The translations under genes were made by a program, and so were the position numbers. Source: Octopus bimaculoides (lineage: Eukaryota). From it: a DNA stretch of 64,000 nt. The DNA lies in NCBI RefSeq assembly GCF_001194135.2, contig NC_068989.1:74619367-74683366 (forward strand), written 5' to 3'. The notes beneath the pieces were generated by a model. That model was not told the origin of the DNA. It was given only the letters and a program-made list of their open reading frames with translations, and made no database searches. Below, one piece after another: positions 36,635 to 51,335 of the stretch (position 1 is the stretch's first letter; each line of letters opens with the position of its first letter).

Positions 36635-37135
36635 CACGTGCGCATGTATGTATATATGTAGATGGATACGTGTATGTATATGTATGGGTAAATATATACA
36701 TATCGACATGGGCATGTATATGTGTATATGTGTGAGTGTATGTATGCATGTGGACACGTATATATAGGCATAGAGGTGTGTGATTCACCCTCAGTAATAT
36801 AGATGTGAAGCGATTCAGATGACAGGCTTATGGTGAGATTGTCTTCCAACCATAAACTATACGAAGTACAACTGAAATTGACCATATCGGCGGGTGGACC
36901 GAGATTCCTTGTGTGAGTGTATGTACGAGCGTATATGTGCGAATGGATGTATACGCATCTCGACCTAAGATAGCTAGTTTAACAACTTTTCGCCCCTAGA
37001 CATTGTAGCCTGCATAGCTTCCGATTTCTTTTTTCTAGTAGCATTCCTTTGTATTAAACCCAATTTATCATCCCCTCAGCAGGCGGCCATATAGTAACAT
37101 GACAGCCAACACTATACATATTATACACACACACA

Positions 37136-37169
<34 letters not shown>

Positions 37170-37881
37170 NNNNNNNNNNNNNNNNNNNNNNNNNNNNNNN
37201 NNNNNNNNNNNNNNNNNNNNNNNNNNNNNNNNNNNNNNNNNNNNNNNNNNNNNNNNNNNNNNNNNNNNNNNNNNNNNNNNNNNNNNNNNNNNNNNNNNNN
37301 NNNNNNNNNNNNNNNNNNNNNNNNNNNNNNNNNNNNNNNNNNNNNNNNNNNNNNNNNNNNNNNNNNNNNNNNNNNNNNNNNNNNNNNNNNNNNNNNNNNN
37401 NNNNNNNNNNNNNNNNNNNNNNNNNNNNNNNNNNNNNNNNNNNNNNNNNNNNNNNNNNNNNNNNNNNNNNNNNNNNNNNNNNNNNNNNNNNNNNNNNNNN
37501 NNNNNNNNNNNNNNNNNNNNNNNNNNNNNNNNNNNNNNNNNNNNNNNNNNNNNNNNNNNNNNNNNNNNNNNNNNNNNNNNNNNNNNNNNNNNNNNNNNNN
37601 NNNNNNNNNNNNNNNNNNNNNNNNNNNNNNNNNNNNNNNNNNNNNNNNNNNNNNNNNNNNNNNNNNNNNNNNNNNNNNNNNNNNNNNNNNNNNNNNNNNN
37701 NNNNNNNNNNNNNNNNNNTATATATATATACACATATGTATGCATATATGTATGTATATTATTTTCTTGTCTACGTTTTGTTTGCAATGTCCTGTACCCA
37801 GATATGCACCTATATATACAGGTAGACGTAGATATGCACATACCTGTACGTATATATGCATATACTCATTTATTATTGTTT

Positions 37882-37947
<66 letters not shown>

Positions 37948-38469
37948 CATATTTATACACATACATACATATACACGCGCACACATACGCTTATTCACAA
38001 ATAAATTCGTTATAATACAAGTATATGTGTGTATATACATACACACACACATACATAGACACACAATATACCTCGCTGTATAGACATATACATATTGACA
38101 GATATAAGCGCAAACACATAAACATGCTTATATGCATGGAGAAATGTAGCATATATATACACTTACATAGATACACACATACATTCTTCCACACATACAT
38201 ATATACATACACCCATACATACATATACATAGACAGACAAAACTTTTAAAATACACAAATAAGTCCATACTGACGTTTGTAAATCCTAGCACGTATATAA
38301 CAACGAAAACACACTTACACGCAGAAAAAAATTAGATAAATCAAAATTTGTGTTAAGATGATGCAATTGTATATCGTTCACTTTATTTTAGATGAAGCAC
38401 GCTTGTAAACAAATATGCATATATATATGTATTCATACATATAGATGCATATATACATATATGCAGATA

Positions 38470-38532
<63 letters not shown>

Positions 38533-39242
38533 GAGGTGTGTTCTGTTAAGAACGTATAAAAGTACAAATAGAGCTCGTTCACCCTTAAAATTCCCAAATA
38601 CCCGGTAGTATTCTTACGGTATGCTACCAATTCTAGTCTAAGAATTAGTAGCATACCTAGTCCTAGAATTGAAACTGTGAGCGTTTGTTGGTTTCAAAGA
38701 AGAATGTCATGGATGTTGTAGCATGGAAATCTAAAAATAGAGATACAGGAAAAAACATAAAATACGTAGAAATCTACATAAGACTGCAAAGAAACGAACG
38801 AATTTAGATGACAATATGGGCATAAATATGTGCGCGCGAAGTTGTGTGTTTGCGTGCGCGCGTAATGCTTTTTTTTTTAGATCTCAAATCGTTTAAGCAA
38901 AACTATCATTTAACTTAATTTTTTAACGTTACTGACTGGCAGCTTTCTTGCAGTAATAACAATACTTAGTTTGCTATTTATTCTAAGGTTGTTTTTTTTT
39001 CTGAATAAATGATTTGCTGCTGTAAACCGAATGTAAACTTCTAAAGCGTAAGTAAAATATTTACAGTGATGTTGATATTATGGACGTTGTCCATCATTAT
39101 AAGAGTGCACATAAACACACCAACAGAAGATGTTTAACATTTGCTTAACTTTTACTTCCCATTGGATACTTGAATAAACAGATGGAATGCATTGGGGCAA
39201 TGTTTACATGATAGCTTTTAGCTTGAAACATGTTAGATAACA

Positions 39243-39895
39243 AAATAAACTTGAGATACTGATGTGGAGTCGTGACTCCTGATGGTGGCTATAATGATGG
39301 TGATGTCGAGGAGTCCTAAGATCCATAAACATATAGCTTGAGTCTCCTGCTACATTTACAGATTTCTATGCATGTAATGTATCTTTTACAAGTCAGACTT
39401 GTAATGTCAACCTATATGTATGTTATGTATTTTAGTCGTACAGCAGAATACACTTCTCTGCGAAAAATTACTTACCTCAGTTACGCAACAGTTCTGAAGC
39501 GTCTTTTGTGTTAATGCACATTTAATCACCGAATAACGGATAAGTTAATTTGAACGATTTGAATGTTAATTAGGTGAACTGTATCAGTGTTTTATTAAGA
39601 ACATAATGCAAAGGCGATGATCCACACAAAAGATCAGTCGTAGTTTGGTTTCTGACAGATTTTACTATTAACTATAAGTGTAAACACTTCGTCATTGAAA
39701 GCAGCGTAAATATTGTGTATTTCTCGTATATTAAACTTAAGTTGGTTTCCATGTCCACATTTTTAAACGTCAAGGTCTACATCCATGTTTTTTGCACTAA
39801 CAGCTCTGTGTAAGTAATGCCACGAATCGTAAGACAATGTTTAGATCCATGTGCACATGATAAGGAGGTAGGATTCAAATATAGAAATCAAGAAT

Positions 39896-39941
<46 letters not shown>

Positions 39942-40040
39942 CATACACGCACTCACACTCACACACACACACACACACATACACACACGCACGCACACAN
40001 NNNNNNNNNNNNNNNNNNNNNNNNNNNNNNNNNNNNNNNN

Positions 40041-40092
<52 letters not shown>

Positions 40093-40394
40093 AAATTAGG
40101 AAATGGTGAAGATAAAATCCAGGATACATATGTTTCATAGTTAGCGAAACCCCAGAAGTAGTTTCATAGTTAGCGGAACCTCGGAAATAGTAAATTCTCC
40201 AAACGAGGGATAGACCGCAAGCAAAGGACACATTACAATTCTGACTTGTAAAATATGCATTACATGCAGAGAAATTTGTAAATGTAGCAGGAGACTCCAG
40301 CTTTATGTTTATGGATCTTAGGACTCCTCGACATCACCATCATTATAGCCACCATCAGGAGTCACGTCTCGGCATCAGTATCCCAAGTTTATTT
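39243..40394. repeat. 165-bp inverted repeat pair (39243-39407 / 40230-40394)
   Basis: Arms are reverse complements with a long identical core (GTGACTCCTGATGGTGGCTATAATGATGGTGATGTCGAGGAGTCCTAAGATCCATAAACAT). Confidence 0.9.
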
Positions 40395-41413
40395 CAGGCA
40401 AAGGATACCTTCTTTCGAATCCCCAACGAGTTAACACGGGATATCCTAACGGCTATGTAAACTTCACGCCAATATTAAAAAAGATAGATATGTTAAGAAC
40501 AGTCGCTACCCATGAATTTATTTAGAGCAGTACCTACCATTACTGCAACAACCACAACAGGTCACTTTTAGGTCACTTGACCATTAAAGTAGATTCCACA
40601 GACAGCCTCTACAACAGGGTCATACCACTCCCGTAGTCGTCTTCTTCTTCTTCTCCTTCGTTTTCTTCTCCTTCCCCTCCTTCTTCGCCTTATCTTCCCG
40701 CGACGAAATTCAAACTCGGAAAGTACTTACGGACGAAATGTTGTTAAGTAATTTGTGGGGCGTACCAACGATTCTGTTAGTATGCCACTGTAAAAGATAT
40801 TCATAATAGAATACAGAACTGCAACGCTGGACAAATAGTTACACTGTCATTGAATATTATCATACTGAAAGGATAAGTCTCGAGCAAAGTTTGATATCGT
40901 CCACTCGATAGATAATGCAAAGAAGTTCGCTAGAAAATAGATCACTAATGACCAAAGAGAAAAGAATTCCTAGTCTTCGCAGAGAAACATTTCCCCAATA
41001 GCTGTAAATGTTAGAAACTATTCAATAGGCATTCTGTGAAAGCTTTCTACAGCTGTTGTTATGAAAAGAAAACATAAATGCTCACGTATGACTTTAACTC
41101 TGAGAGTCCAGATACTTGACCTCTTGACCAGAGGTGCAAGGGACTTCAAAAATAAATACGCCAACCCCCAGTCTTCTGTCATACACGTAGACATTTTTGT
41201 CTAAATCGAACACAAAGCAAGAAAGTCATATCTGGAACCCAAAGGACTGCAGTATGCCACACTAGACATAGACATTTCTAGATTTAAGATCAACATTAAC
41301 AATACTCTTCATTTAACTTGTTGAAGGGACATGATCTAGATGCCATGAACAGATTTATACCACTTCCTTTTTAAAATATTTCTTCGGGGTTTCTTCTTGT
41401 AATTTTCTTTGTT

Positions 41414-41454
<41 letters not shown>

Positions 41455-41525
41455 ATGACTGAGTACTCGTGAGCAGACAGACACCATCTATACTTCCCTA
41501 TTGTTTGAAATATTAGCATATTTAG

Positions 41526-41571
<46 letters not shown>

Positions 41572-41584
41572 GTATCAGCACACA

Positions 41585-41732
41585 GCTGGTGTACATTTTC
41601 TATTGAACAGACTGGAGCAATTTAAAATGAAATACCTTACTCAAAGTCAGACCGTGTCGTCCGGTTCAAAAATTGAACCTAAGCTCTTATGATGGCAAAC
41701 CGAACACGTTAACCACCCTAACTAGACCGCGC
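41585..41732 (-). mobile_element. Degenerate tRNA-derived SINE (CORE-like)
   Basis: Revcomp shows box A/box B-like GGTCTAGTTAGGGTGGTTAACGTG...GGTTCAATT, followed by CORE-like CTTTGAGTAAGGTATTTCATTT. Confidence 0.55.
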
Positions 41733-43726
41733 ATTTTTACATAATAAAGAAGAAATAGGCATATAAGAGTAATGAACAGTTTTGATTTTGCTCTTTTTTC
41801 TCCAGATCAAAATCGCGATGGATGCGATTCTCAAGTTACTTCAAACCTTTTCCAGTGAAACCATATGTTTTAATCAGTTATAAAATAAAGCGATGCAATG
41901 GTATGCGAACCGGGGTTTAATACCTCATCCTGTCAGCAATTTCTCTCTTTATCTCTCTCTCTCTTTCTCTTTCTCTCTCCCTTTCTCTCTCTTTCCCTCT
42001 TTCGGTTCAAAACAGATCTACTTTAAATATACACACACCGCACACACACACACACACACACACACACGCATACAGAAAGTATGTGCACAAATTTAGATGC
42101 GTGCTTCCCGTATAAAATAAGGATTAGTTAACAGAATAGTAATTGCAATCAAAAGCAAACATTATTAAAATTCTTATACATCAGGAAGTTTGTATTAAAT
42201 TGCTATCATGATAAATAAGCTGAACAATTGCTGAAACCGAGTTAACACAAAAAGCCACTATTTTCTTCTAACATTGCTAGAATTAGCAGTCAAATCTTGC
42301 TCAAATTATACGTTCCAAGCTTAAATGTTGTACATAATGTCCTAAACACAAGGTTTCTTAAAATAAAAAAGAAAACGAAGAAAAATTATCATGGCTGCCA
42401 TCCCTCTGATCATATCTGTATTTGATCGATGTTGATGTGTTGGATAAACAATAGCAACACCTAAACTGCATTTCTAAAGTATCTGTTATTAAACCGTATG
42501 ATAACTGATGAAGTTGGATAAAATTATTTTATATATTAGTCGTAGATTCGAACTTGTCATGGGATTATTTAACATGAAAATGCACTTTTCTCTCAAACTC
42601 TCTATATCTTCCAGCCAAAGTCACTTCAATAAATAATTGGTTCATGTTTCTACTGTGTTTCCATGACGATTATCTTGATTGTTTTAAAGCAGGGACATGC
42701 GAATATTCGTCAGAACCCTTGAGTATTACAATTTTAACAAACTGCTCGTCCGATTATCAAATGTTTTTGAAATAGAGAGTTAGAACATACAATGATCAAT
42801 TTAGATGAGTATTCATATTAGAAGTATTGAAAATATACAAATCTTAGGTGAATTGAATAAATATGTTAAAGCGTCCACTTTATTAAAAACACAAATTATT
42901 GAATAGTAAACTTTGTAGCATAATAAAATAAATGTGAGCATGCAGAAGGTAAATTTGATTGTCAATATTACTATTAATGTAATAGGTGTAAGTGTATCAT
43001 CGTTATTATTTTATAAGAGACATACGATTAACGGGATTGTATTGAAACCAAAAGCATATAAAATAAATGAAATAGAGTAAAACCAAGACCAAATATTGCA
43101 TACGTCTTCAATGAACTCTAATGACGTTATAAGCTCCCATTGGCTAAATCTTTTTTTTTTTTTTATATATTTCACTTCATTTTATTTCATACATTACTAT
43201 AAAATAAATAACTTGAGGAAAAAACTTTCAGAATCAGGAATTACAATCTCAACAGCCAGAAACTGTTTACAGTCCTGGAAGATATACAATTGAAATCAGC
43301 AAGTAACATTCCAGACGTAGTTGGCGGAACAGCTTCCTTCTCCCACTTTTAGGAGTGTCATGAGGACTTGAAATATGTTCCTGTCACGTAAGTTGCCAAA
43401 TCGTTTACTAATTTGTAATTGTCTGATTACAACTTGTATTTCTAACAATTTCTTCGAGGGCACAATTTAGAAACGAAGTTTTACGTTCTATAATACATAC
43501 TATGTATAATATCATGTAGAGGAGACGAGGCAGATTGAGAATAAAGTTGTCGGAATACATGGTTGTTATTTGTACATTCGGCGCGTCTCTTGCTGTGTTT
43601 TGCGTTTGGAGACAAATAAAAAATACATTTTATAATATATATTTGAACCTCGATATCTGCAAAAGTTGGAGACGTTATAAGAGATTCAAGTGAAGGTTTA
43701 GGTTAATTTAATAGGTAGGCGTAAGA

Positions 43727-43765
<39 letters not shown>

Positions 43766-44629
43766 TACGTATGTGTGTGTGCGTGTGTGCGCACGCGTGT
43801 GTGTCAGCGCTTGTGTGTGCATGAGTATGCGTGTATGTATATATATGTATATATATATATATATGTATGTATATANNNNNNNNNNNNNNNNNNNNNNNNN
43901 NNNNNNNNNNNNNNNNNNNNNNNNNNNNNNNNNNNNNNNNNNNNNNNNNNNNNNNNNNNNNNNNNNNNNNNNNNNNNNNNNNNNNNNNNNNNNNNNNNNN
44001 NNNNNNNNNNNNNNNNNNNNNNNNNNNNNNNNNNNNNNNNNNNNNNNNNNNNNNNNNNNNNNNNNNNNNNNNNNNNNNNNNNNATATATATACACATACG
44101 TATGTGTGTGTGTGCGTGTATGCGTGCATATATATAAGTGCGTGTATATGGGATAGGCTGTACGTGTGGGTGTGTATGTGTGTGCGTGCGCGTGCACATG
44201 CTTCTGATTTCCGAGTCGTTACATCACTAAATTGACAGACTTACTCAATTTGTTGTAGCTGTCTGGGTTTTGCTTCAGATACCATTTAGGTAGTTCGTGT
44301 ACTTTTCATTCATTTCAGGTAGGTAAATACCGTCCTGTGTGGTGGGCTGTCAGGAATTGTAGAGTGTCGAAGGAGACACCTTGTGGTACCATTATCGGTT
44401 GTGTGCATTATGATGAGAAAGTCTGACCTCCTGCCACCGGCAAAAAGCGGTTATAGGACTTGAGCGCCTTTACCCATTTACAGATGCCGTTCAGGTGATG
44501 ACTCGTAATGCTAGCAAACCAGTTTGAAGAAATTTAAAGAGACGTTAAAGTGACATACGATCAACGGATGGACGAATACACACAGACATACATGCATACA
44601 TACATACATACATACATACATACATACAT

Positions 44630-44664
<35 letters not shown>

Positions 44665-45695
44665 TACATACATATGAATCAGTTTTAAAATGAAGNNNNN
44701 NNNNNNNNNNNNNNNNNNNNNNNNNNNNNNNNNNNNNNNNNNNNNNNNNNNNNNNNNNNNNNNNNNNNNNNNNNNNNNNNNNNNNNNNNNNNNNNNNNNN
44801 NNNNNNNNNNNNNNNNNNNNNNNNNNNNNNNNNNNNNNNNNNNNNNNNNNNNNNNNNNNNNNNNNNNNNNNNNNNNNNNNNNNNNNNNNNNNNNNNNNNN
44901 NNNNNNNNNNNNNNNNNNNNNNNNNNNNNNNNNNNNNNNNNNNNNNNNNNNNNNNNNNNNNNNNNNNNNNNNNNNNNNNNNNNNNNNNNNNNNNNNNNNN
45001 NNNNNNNNNNNNNNNNNNNNNNNNNNNNNNNNNNNNNNNNNNNNNNNNNNNNNNNNNNNGAGAGAGAGAGAAAGAAAGAGAGAGAGAGAGAGGTGTTTAT
45101 AATCTAAGACTTTTGGAAACTGCAGGTGATATAGGAATTGTTTTGCGCGTGGGTCAGACATTGATTTGTTTTGTTTGTTTTTTTTTTGTTACCATCCAAG
45201 TACTTTTTAACCTAATATTCAATACGCGCTATTGGTCATAGTTTTATCGACTTCGAGTTTCACTGTTAAAAGTAATTTGCTTCTTATATACACCTATGCA
45301 AACACACGCGCATACACGCACGCACACAGGGGTATTTTATATATCAGTGGGGTATTTAATATATCAAGCTCAATCGTTGTTATATGTTTATTTACATCAT
45401 TATCTCTCTCTCTCAAAGGGGATATTTTCTATTAATTTAACTAAAGCCTCTTCTATGTTCTAAAGTTAATGACAGAATGAATGGCTAGAACTCTACCATA
45501 TCGAACAACATGAATTTTCAAACTGTCCCTTTTATCTTTATAGCTGAACCATCCGACAGCGAGAAAAAGTGGTGAAGTAACATGTTTATTAGTAGAAATT
45601 ATCATACAATTTTAAATATTTGAAGGACCCTGCGTTCCTTACTTTTTCTGCATATATTACTCAGTGTTTACATCATGTTTTATGATAATGTATGA

Positions 45696-45863
45696 AGCAC
45701 TTAGATATAAAATGACTCAAGTAGCGCTTAGATATAAAATGACTCAAGTAGCACTTAGATATAAAATGACTCAAGTAGCACTTAGATATAAAATGACTCA
45801 AGTAGCGCATAGATATAAAATGACTCAAGTAGCGCATAGATATAAAATGACTCAAGTAGCGCT
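45696..45863. repeat. 27-bp minisatellite, 6 copies plus 6 bp (AGCACTTAGATATAAAATGACTCAAGT)
   Basis: Direct reading; units vary only at two positions (CAC/CGC and TTA/ATA). Confidence 0.97.
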
Positions 45864-46108
45864 GAATGTTCTTTTCCATAACCCATTTTGAAGTTGTTGG
45901 AAATTTATTAGCATGGTAACAGTTAGAGTTGGTTTTCATGTAGGCTGTAGTAATATTGTTAACAAGATACTTATGGGATGCGCAGTTAAGAGTTTTGTGC
46001 ATAAATTTTCTTTCGTTTGAAGAAACAGTGTCATTTCCGTAGTCATTAACATGGAAACGTTAAAATACGAAAAAAAAAAACCTCACCTTCTAATAAAATA
46101 TGTATATA

Positions 46109-46517
46109 GGTGCAGGAGTGGCTGTGTGGTAAGTAGCTTGCTCACCAACCACATGGTTCCGGGTTCAATCCCACTGCATGGCACCTTGGGCAAGTGTCTT
46201 CTACTATAGCCCCGGGCCGACCAAAGCCTTGTGAGTGGATTTGGTAGACGGAAACTGAAAGAAGCCCGTCGTATATATGCGTATATATATGTGTATGTGT
46301 GTGTATGTGTGTGTATGTGTTTCTCCCCCAACATCGCTTGACAACCGATGGTGGTGTGTTTACGTACCCGTAACTTAGCAGTTCGGCAAAAGAGGCCGAT
46401 AGAATAAGAATAAGTACAGGGCTTCCTGGGGTCGATTTGCTCGACTAAAAAGGCGGTGCTCCAGTATGGCCGCAGTCAAAAATGACTGAAACAAGTAAAA
46501 GAGTAAGAGTAAAGAGT
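46109..46517 (+). mobile_element. Full-length tRNA-derived CORE-type SINE
   Basis: Box A GGCTGTGTGGTAAG, box B GGGTTCAATCCC, CORE-like CACCTTGGGCAAGTGTCTT, an internal microsatellite and an (AGAGTA)n-like tail. Confidence 0.85.
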
Positions 46518-47359
46518 ATTCTACTTTATACATCGAGCGATTTCCTCTCCGACTATAAATACAAACGTTCACCAATCCAACCTCCTTTGTCTTTTCATCC
46601 ACTACCAGCCGCCACAGATTTTCACCAAGTCTGACCTACCACAAAGCGCTTTCTCTTCTACTATACCAATTTGTTATCCTTTTACTTTAACCTCAAACGT
46701 ACTACCCTATTTCGCCTTTTGACTTTTCTGCCACTTGCCGCTTATTCCCAAAGTCACTTTTGCTTTAAAAGTAGCAGGAACAACCGTGTCTTATTGTTTA
46801 GTAACTCTTTCTCCACCACACCTATCCCAAACCAATCCTGAGCTACCATTTCTCGTTACAGCTACTCACTGACACCATCAGCTCCATCGTCATCACTGTT
46901 TCTTTTAGCTAAGCCTCTACAAGCCTCGTCTATTGCTTTTTTACGTTTCGAACAGTTTTGTCGATGTCTATGCGACTGCTTCTCGGAGCACATACGAGAT
47001 ATTCAGCTCAACAATGAGCCACCCATCTCACACTATTCTCTCTGTCAATTTCGATCGCGTTTGGCTCATCGAATCGCCACCGATCACTCGTCACCACAGA
47101 AAGGGAACAGGAGTTTCTCTTCCCTGCAAACTTCTACCTCCTCGCATTGTCTAAATTTGTAGATACTTTATCTGTAACATACTTTCCATATCAACTTACA
47201 CATACATGTCATAGTCACCTACAGACATACAAGCACCACACATGCAAAACTAACACACAGACATTCCACGCCCACAAACACAAATGCTAATCTCGCATAC
47301 ACACACTAACAAACATACATAACATGCACACAGGCAAAAACACACATACACACATGAAT

Positions 47360-47404
<45 letters not shown>

Positions 47405-48794
47405 NNNNNNNNNNNNNNNNNNNNNNNNNNNNNNNNNNNNNNNNNNNNNNNNNNNNNNNNNNNNNNNNNNNNNNNNNNNNNNNNNNNNNNNNNNNNNNNN
47501 NNNNNNNNNNNNNNNNNNNNNNNNNNNNNNNNNNNNNNNNNNNNNNNNNNNNNNNNNNNNNNNNNNNNNNNNNNNNNNNNNNNNNNNNNNNNNNNNNNNN
47601 NNNNNNNNNNNNNNNNNNNNNNNNNNNNNNNNNNNNNNNNNNNNNNNNNNNNNNNNNNNNNNNNNNNNNNNNNNNNNNNNNNNNNNNNNNNNNATATGAG
47701 AACACGCATACACACACACACAAATACCGCCAAAATACCAATCAACACCAACTCGAAAAAGCAACACATAAAAAAATTTAAACACTCACAAAATTCCAAC
47801 ACACACAAATAATTCAGGAAACAAGTTGAGAAAAAAAACGCTATAAGAACCGAAACATATTCGGCAGAGTAACTAAGCTACAAAAACGACAGAGATCAAC
47901 TATTAAAGAAAAAAAATCACTTTTAGACATGCTAACGTCGGTAACAGGAATTCACAGATTCACAGAGTCGTACTATACATAACAAAGCAGCAAACCTCAT
48001 TATTAATACTACACACAGTATACTCCTTGTATTGAAGGAGCATGCTACAAATACTTTTACAAGGCAAAACACCCCGCTAGGTTTAGATAATTATTTAATA
48101 CAACTTCGTCTTAGAGTATCTTACCCATCAATGAACATACATGAAGGATTGCAGACGCTTTGTTGCAATAGTATTATAAAGATTCACCAAATAAAAATAC
48201 CACACATGGATACAAGGTCGAACATCAGACTCATTTGTGCGAATCGCACAGGCCAAAGAAGAGGAAATCTGTCATCTTCAACTGAGATTCTGTTAGAAAC
48301 ATATTTTAACGAGCCTAAAGTTCGTTTATTCATCATTTTATAGCGAGTATCTCATTGTATTTACTCCGAGCAGGTTGTACGCGAGCGCAACTCAGTCACT
48401 GATGCTGTTTGTTAGAAGATGAAGCTTAGACTTTAGAATCTACTCTGGTTATTTCTCTTCCATATCTCCTACCGAGGGAGGTTAAAAAACCAGCAATGTG
48501 TGTGGGAGTTCAATAAGGGGGAATACTGAGCAGATATGATGCTTCTGCACCTTTTTCTTAAGGGAGAACTTTCTCCATGGTAACTGCAGTGAATTTGCCT
48601 TTAGAAGTTGAAATATGTCATAAAGCTATTCTAAAACTAAACTTCGTTTATTACTCATCTGCCTGTTACATATATATATACAGATGCTGCAAGTTTGAGA
48701 TTACAAGTGAGTTCAGGTGGTATATTTGCAGTGCTTTTCTTCTTTGCCTTGCAACCCTAAGTCTGTTAATGCCGGTTGCAACAAAGTTTCTTAT

Positions 48795-49985
48795 ACCATT
48801 TTGACACAACGATCTCCATTTTGTTCGCTCCGAGGCTGTTCGCATAAAATTGTTGTGAGCTATCATCACTGCTGAGAGATTACTCTTCAGTTTGTCCCTA
48901 TATCTGAGCCATGGTCGACCAACATTCCGCTATCTGGCTGGCTATACATGTGGACTTTGGGTATTTTTTCGTCATTCATTCTGATGACATGGCCAGCCCA
49001 GTGCAATTGCGACTGCATAAGGAAACTCTCGACTCCACCAATCTTATACTTGCTGAACAGGTCGGCATTCGAAACTCTGTCATTTAGTGAATAACCGCAG
49101 ACTGAAACAGCCCTTGTGGAAGATGTCGAGTTGGCTAATGTGTCATCAATAGGGTATCCACGATTCTGAACCATACAAGAGAATAGTAAAAATGGCAGCT
49201 TTATAGACCTGTATTTTGGTGTCAAGTTTAATCCCCCTTTCATTCCATAGGCGATGACGGAATTTTCCAAATGCGCTGGTTGCCTTTGCAACACGGTTGG
49301 TGATTTTATCATCAACGGAAGCACTCGAATTTACTTTACTACCAAGATATGCAGTTCACATAATTTAGCTTTTTCCCATCAACCTGTATAGGAATGTCAG
49401 GGAAATTGTGAACCAGTCTTATGATCAAATTCCAACGTTAGTGTCATAATACGATCAGAAATACCTTTGGGTAGAAGAAGAAGGAATCTGACTATTTCTG
49501 TCTTGATGGCAAAACCAACACCAGAGCAGCGAAGCTCGTCCTCATTTCTTCCACACCTGGAAAATTACGTATTCAACTTCCAATTATGATGATCCTGTCC
49601 TGCAAAACGAGTTTTACCGAGTGCAGCTATGTCAATATTGCATTCCTTTAGTTCAAGGGCAACCAGTGCTATTTTTCGTTCTGGTGCTGGGTGACTGTCG
49701 TATTCCAATAACCAAGGTTAATATCCTTAGATTTCCTCATGTTTCGACTGCGTTACTGAATAAGCAGACAGCTGCAGGGAGTTGTCATGTTTAAGGTGAG
49801 TACGCAATGTTTAGGGTTCCTTTTATCACCCCCTCTCTCTGTTAGGAAAAGTTGTGCTGTGTCTACATAGAGCTACTCTGTTACCACTGGAGGAAACGGA
49901 CAGCGAAGTTACTCACAAGTTCTGTGCTGGAATGGCCATAACCCAATGGTCACCAACTGCGTAGAGATCTAACAAGAGTCTTCCA
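48795..49985 (-). mobile_element. RTE-clade LINE, internally deleted (endonuclease start joined to RT C-terminus)
   Basis: SQLHWAGHVIRMNDEKIPK (RTE C-terminus) and the endonuclease remnant ALVALELKECNIDIAAL..SGVGFAIKTEI on the minus strand. Confidence 0.8.
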
Positions 49986-50635
49986 GTATTCTCCTTTACC
50001 TCTTTACCTCTCCCTGCTGCTTTCACTCACTCGCCAGAGGCCTTTTTGTTTTTGCAAGTTGGGACTGCGCAGTACTGAATGAATAAAACCCACACATGAT
50101 TTGATTTTACCGTTGAAATCTTGTGTAGAAAGAGCCACATATTCTGGAAGTGATGATAGCAGGTATATGGTGCATATATGTGTCACAATACCAAGAACAA
50201 CACATCTCAGGTTTTTTTCTTCAGATATTTCTATCTCCTAAACAAAGTACTATAAACAAGCTGGAGAACCTGGTCTACCATATCAGTCAGAATTTACTGA
50301 TAGAATTTGCTGATAGGTCAGACGAAGAATTGTGAAGGTGCCAGATTGGGGGTCAGGTCGAAGGTCTAGAAAGTATTTCAGTGTAGGTAGTCCTTCGTTG
50401 TCTGGGATCACTGCATATAAAGTTTTGATATCAAGAGTGGAAAGAAATTTAGAGGAGCCAGAAGGGAAGGAGAATGAGTTAAAGAGACGAAGAGCATGGT
50501 TTATGCTGTGGATGTGGGATGGAAGCTGCTAGGGGGCAAGAACATAGTCGAGGTATATAAACTCAATAAACTATTAAAGATAGAGAAGAGATGTCAGAAG
50601 TTCTAAAAAATTTTAATCCATGCATAAAGTAAATA

Positions 50636-50706
<71 letters not shown>

Positions 50707-51195
50707 ACATGTTTACATATTGAGTTATATTTGTTTAATGCTACTGCCAATACAGTTGTCATTATGTATGGTATTAGAATATCAATAGCCAACCAAACTA
50801 AATGCAGCTAAATGCCATTTCAAATTTAGTATTTGTCTTTAATGCTCTGAGCTCTTTATTAATGAAAATGTTATATAAGCATTTAATATCTTAATTTGTA
50901 GAGCAAGAGATAGACACATGATAATCCCATGTCATTTTAATCTTATGGTCTCCATTTTGCATATACGTTACTGTTACCTTTACAAAACTTATGGAATTCG
51001 ATAATTTCCAATTACCAATTACATGACATTTTTCTGACTTACCTTTCTTACCTTTGCAAAGGTCATATTAGAAACAAAAAAGCAATATTTTTGAGAATGA
51101 TTATTTGAAGCTGCTTTGGGTTAGGATATTGTATTATCAATATTAATATACTGGTTATGTTCTGCATCATGGTATTTTCTAAATATTATCTTAAT

Positions 51196-51216
51196 ATATA
51201 CCTTCTTTATTTTCAG
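51196..51216 (+). promoter_or_regulatory. Splice acceptor of the 5'UTR intron of GPCR paralogue 4
   Basis: ccttctttattttcag|ATATACAACAGTT, homologous to the acceptors at 765 and 9516. Matching donor not confidently located. Confidence 0.6.
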
Positions 51217-51335
51217 ATATACAACAGTTGATTGCTTCAAGGGAAAAACTGTCTACCTATTTAAGAAACAATATTTTATTATCGAAAATATAAAAACACT
51301 AACTCAAGGACAAAGTTCTCACACCGGAATTCAAA

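Noticed and set aside
45696-45863. CRISPR-like appearance of the 27-bp and 23-bp (56761-56953) repeats
   Set aside because: Units are contiguous with no unique spacers, there are no cas genes, and the context is eukaryotic.
46109-46190. tRNA-like sequences here and at 58676, 32621 and 54625
   Set aside because: A/B boxes run into SINE bodies and tails with no complete cloverleaf, so these are SINE heads and not tRNA genes.
46520-47150. Strand-biased C/T-rich tract (similar purine-rich tracts at 50330-50560 and 59330-59580)
   Set aside because: Probably decayed retroelement sequence, but no diagnostic motif could be read, so it is not annotated.
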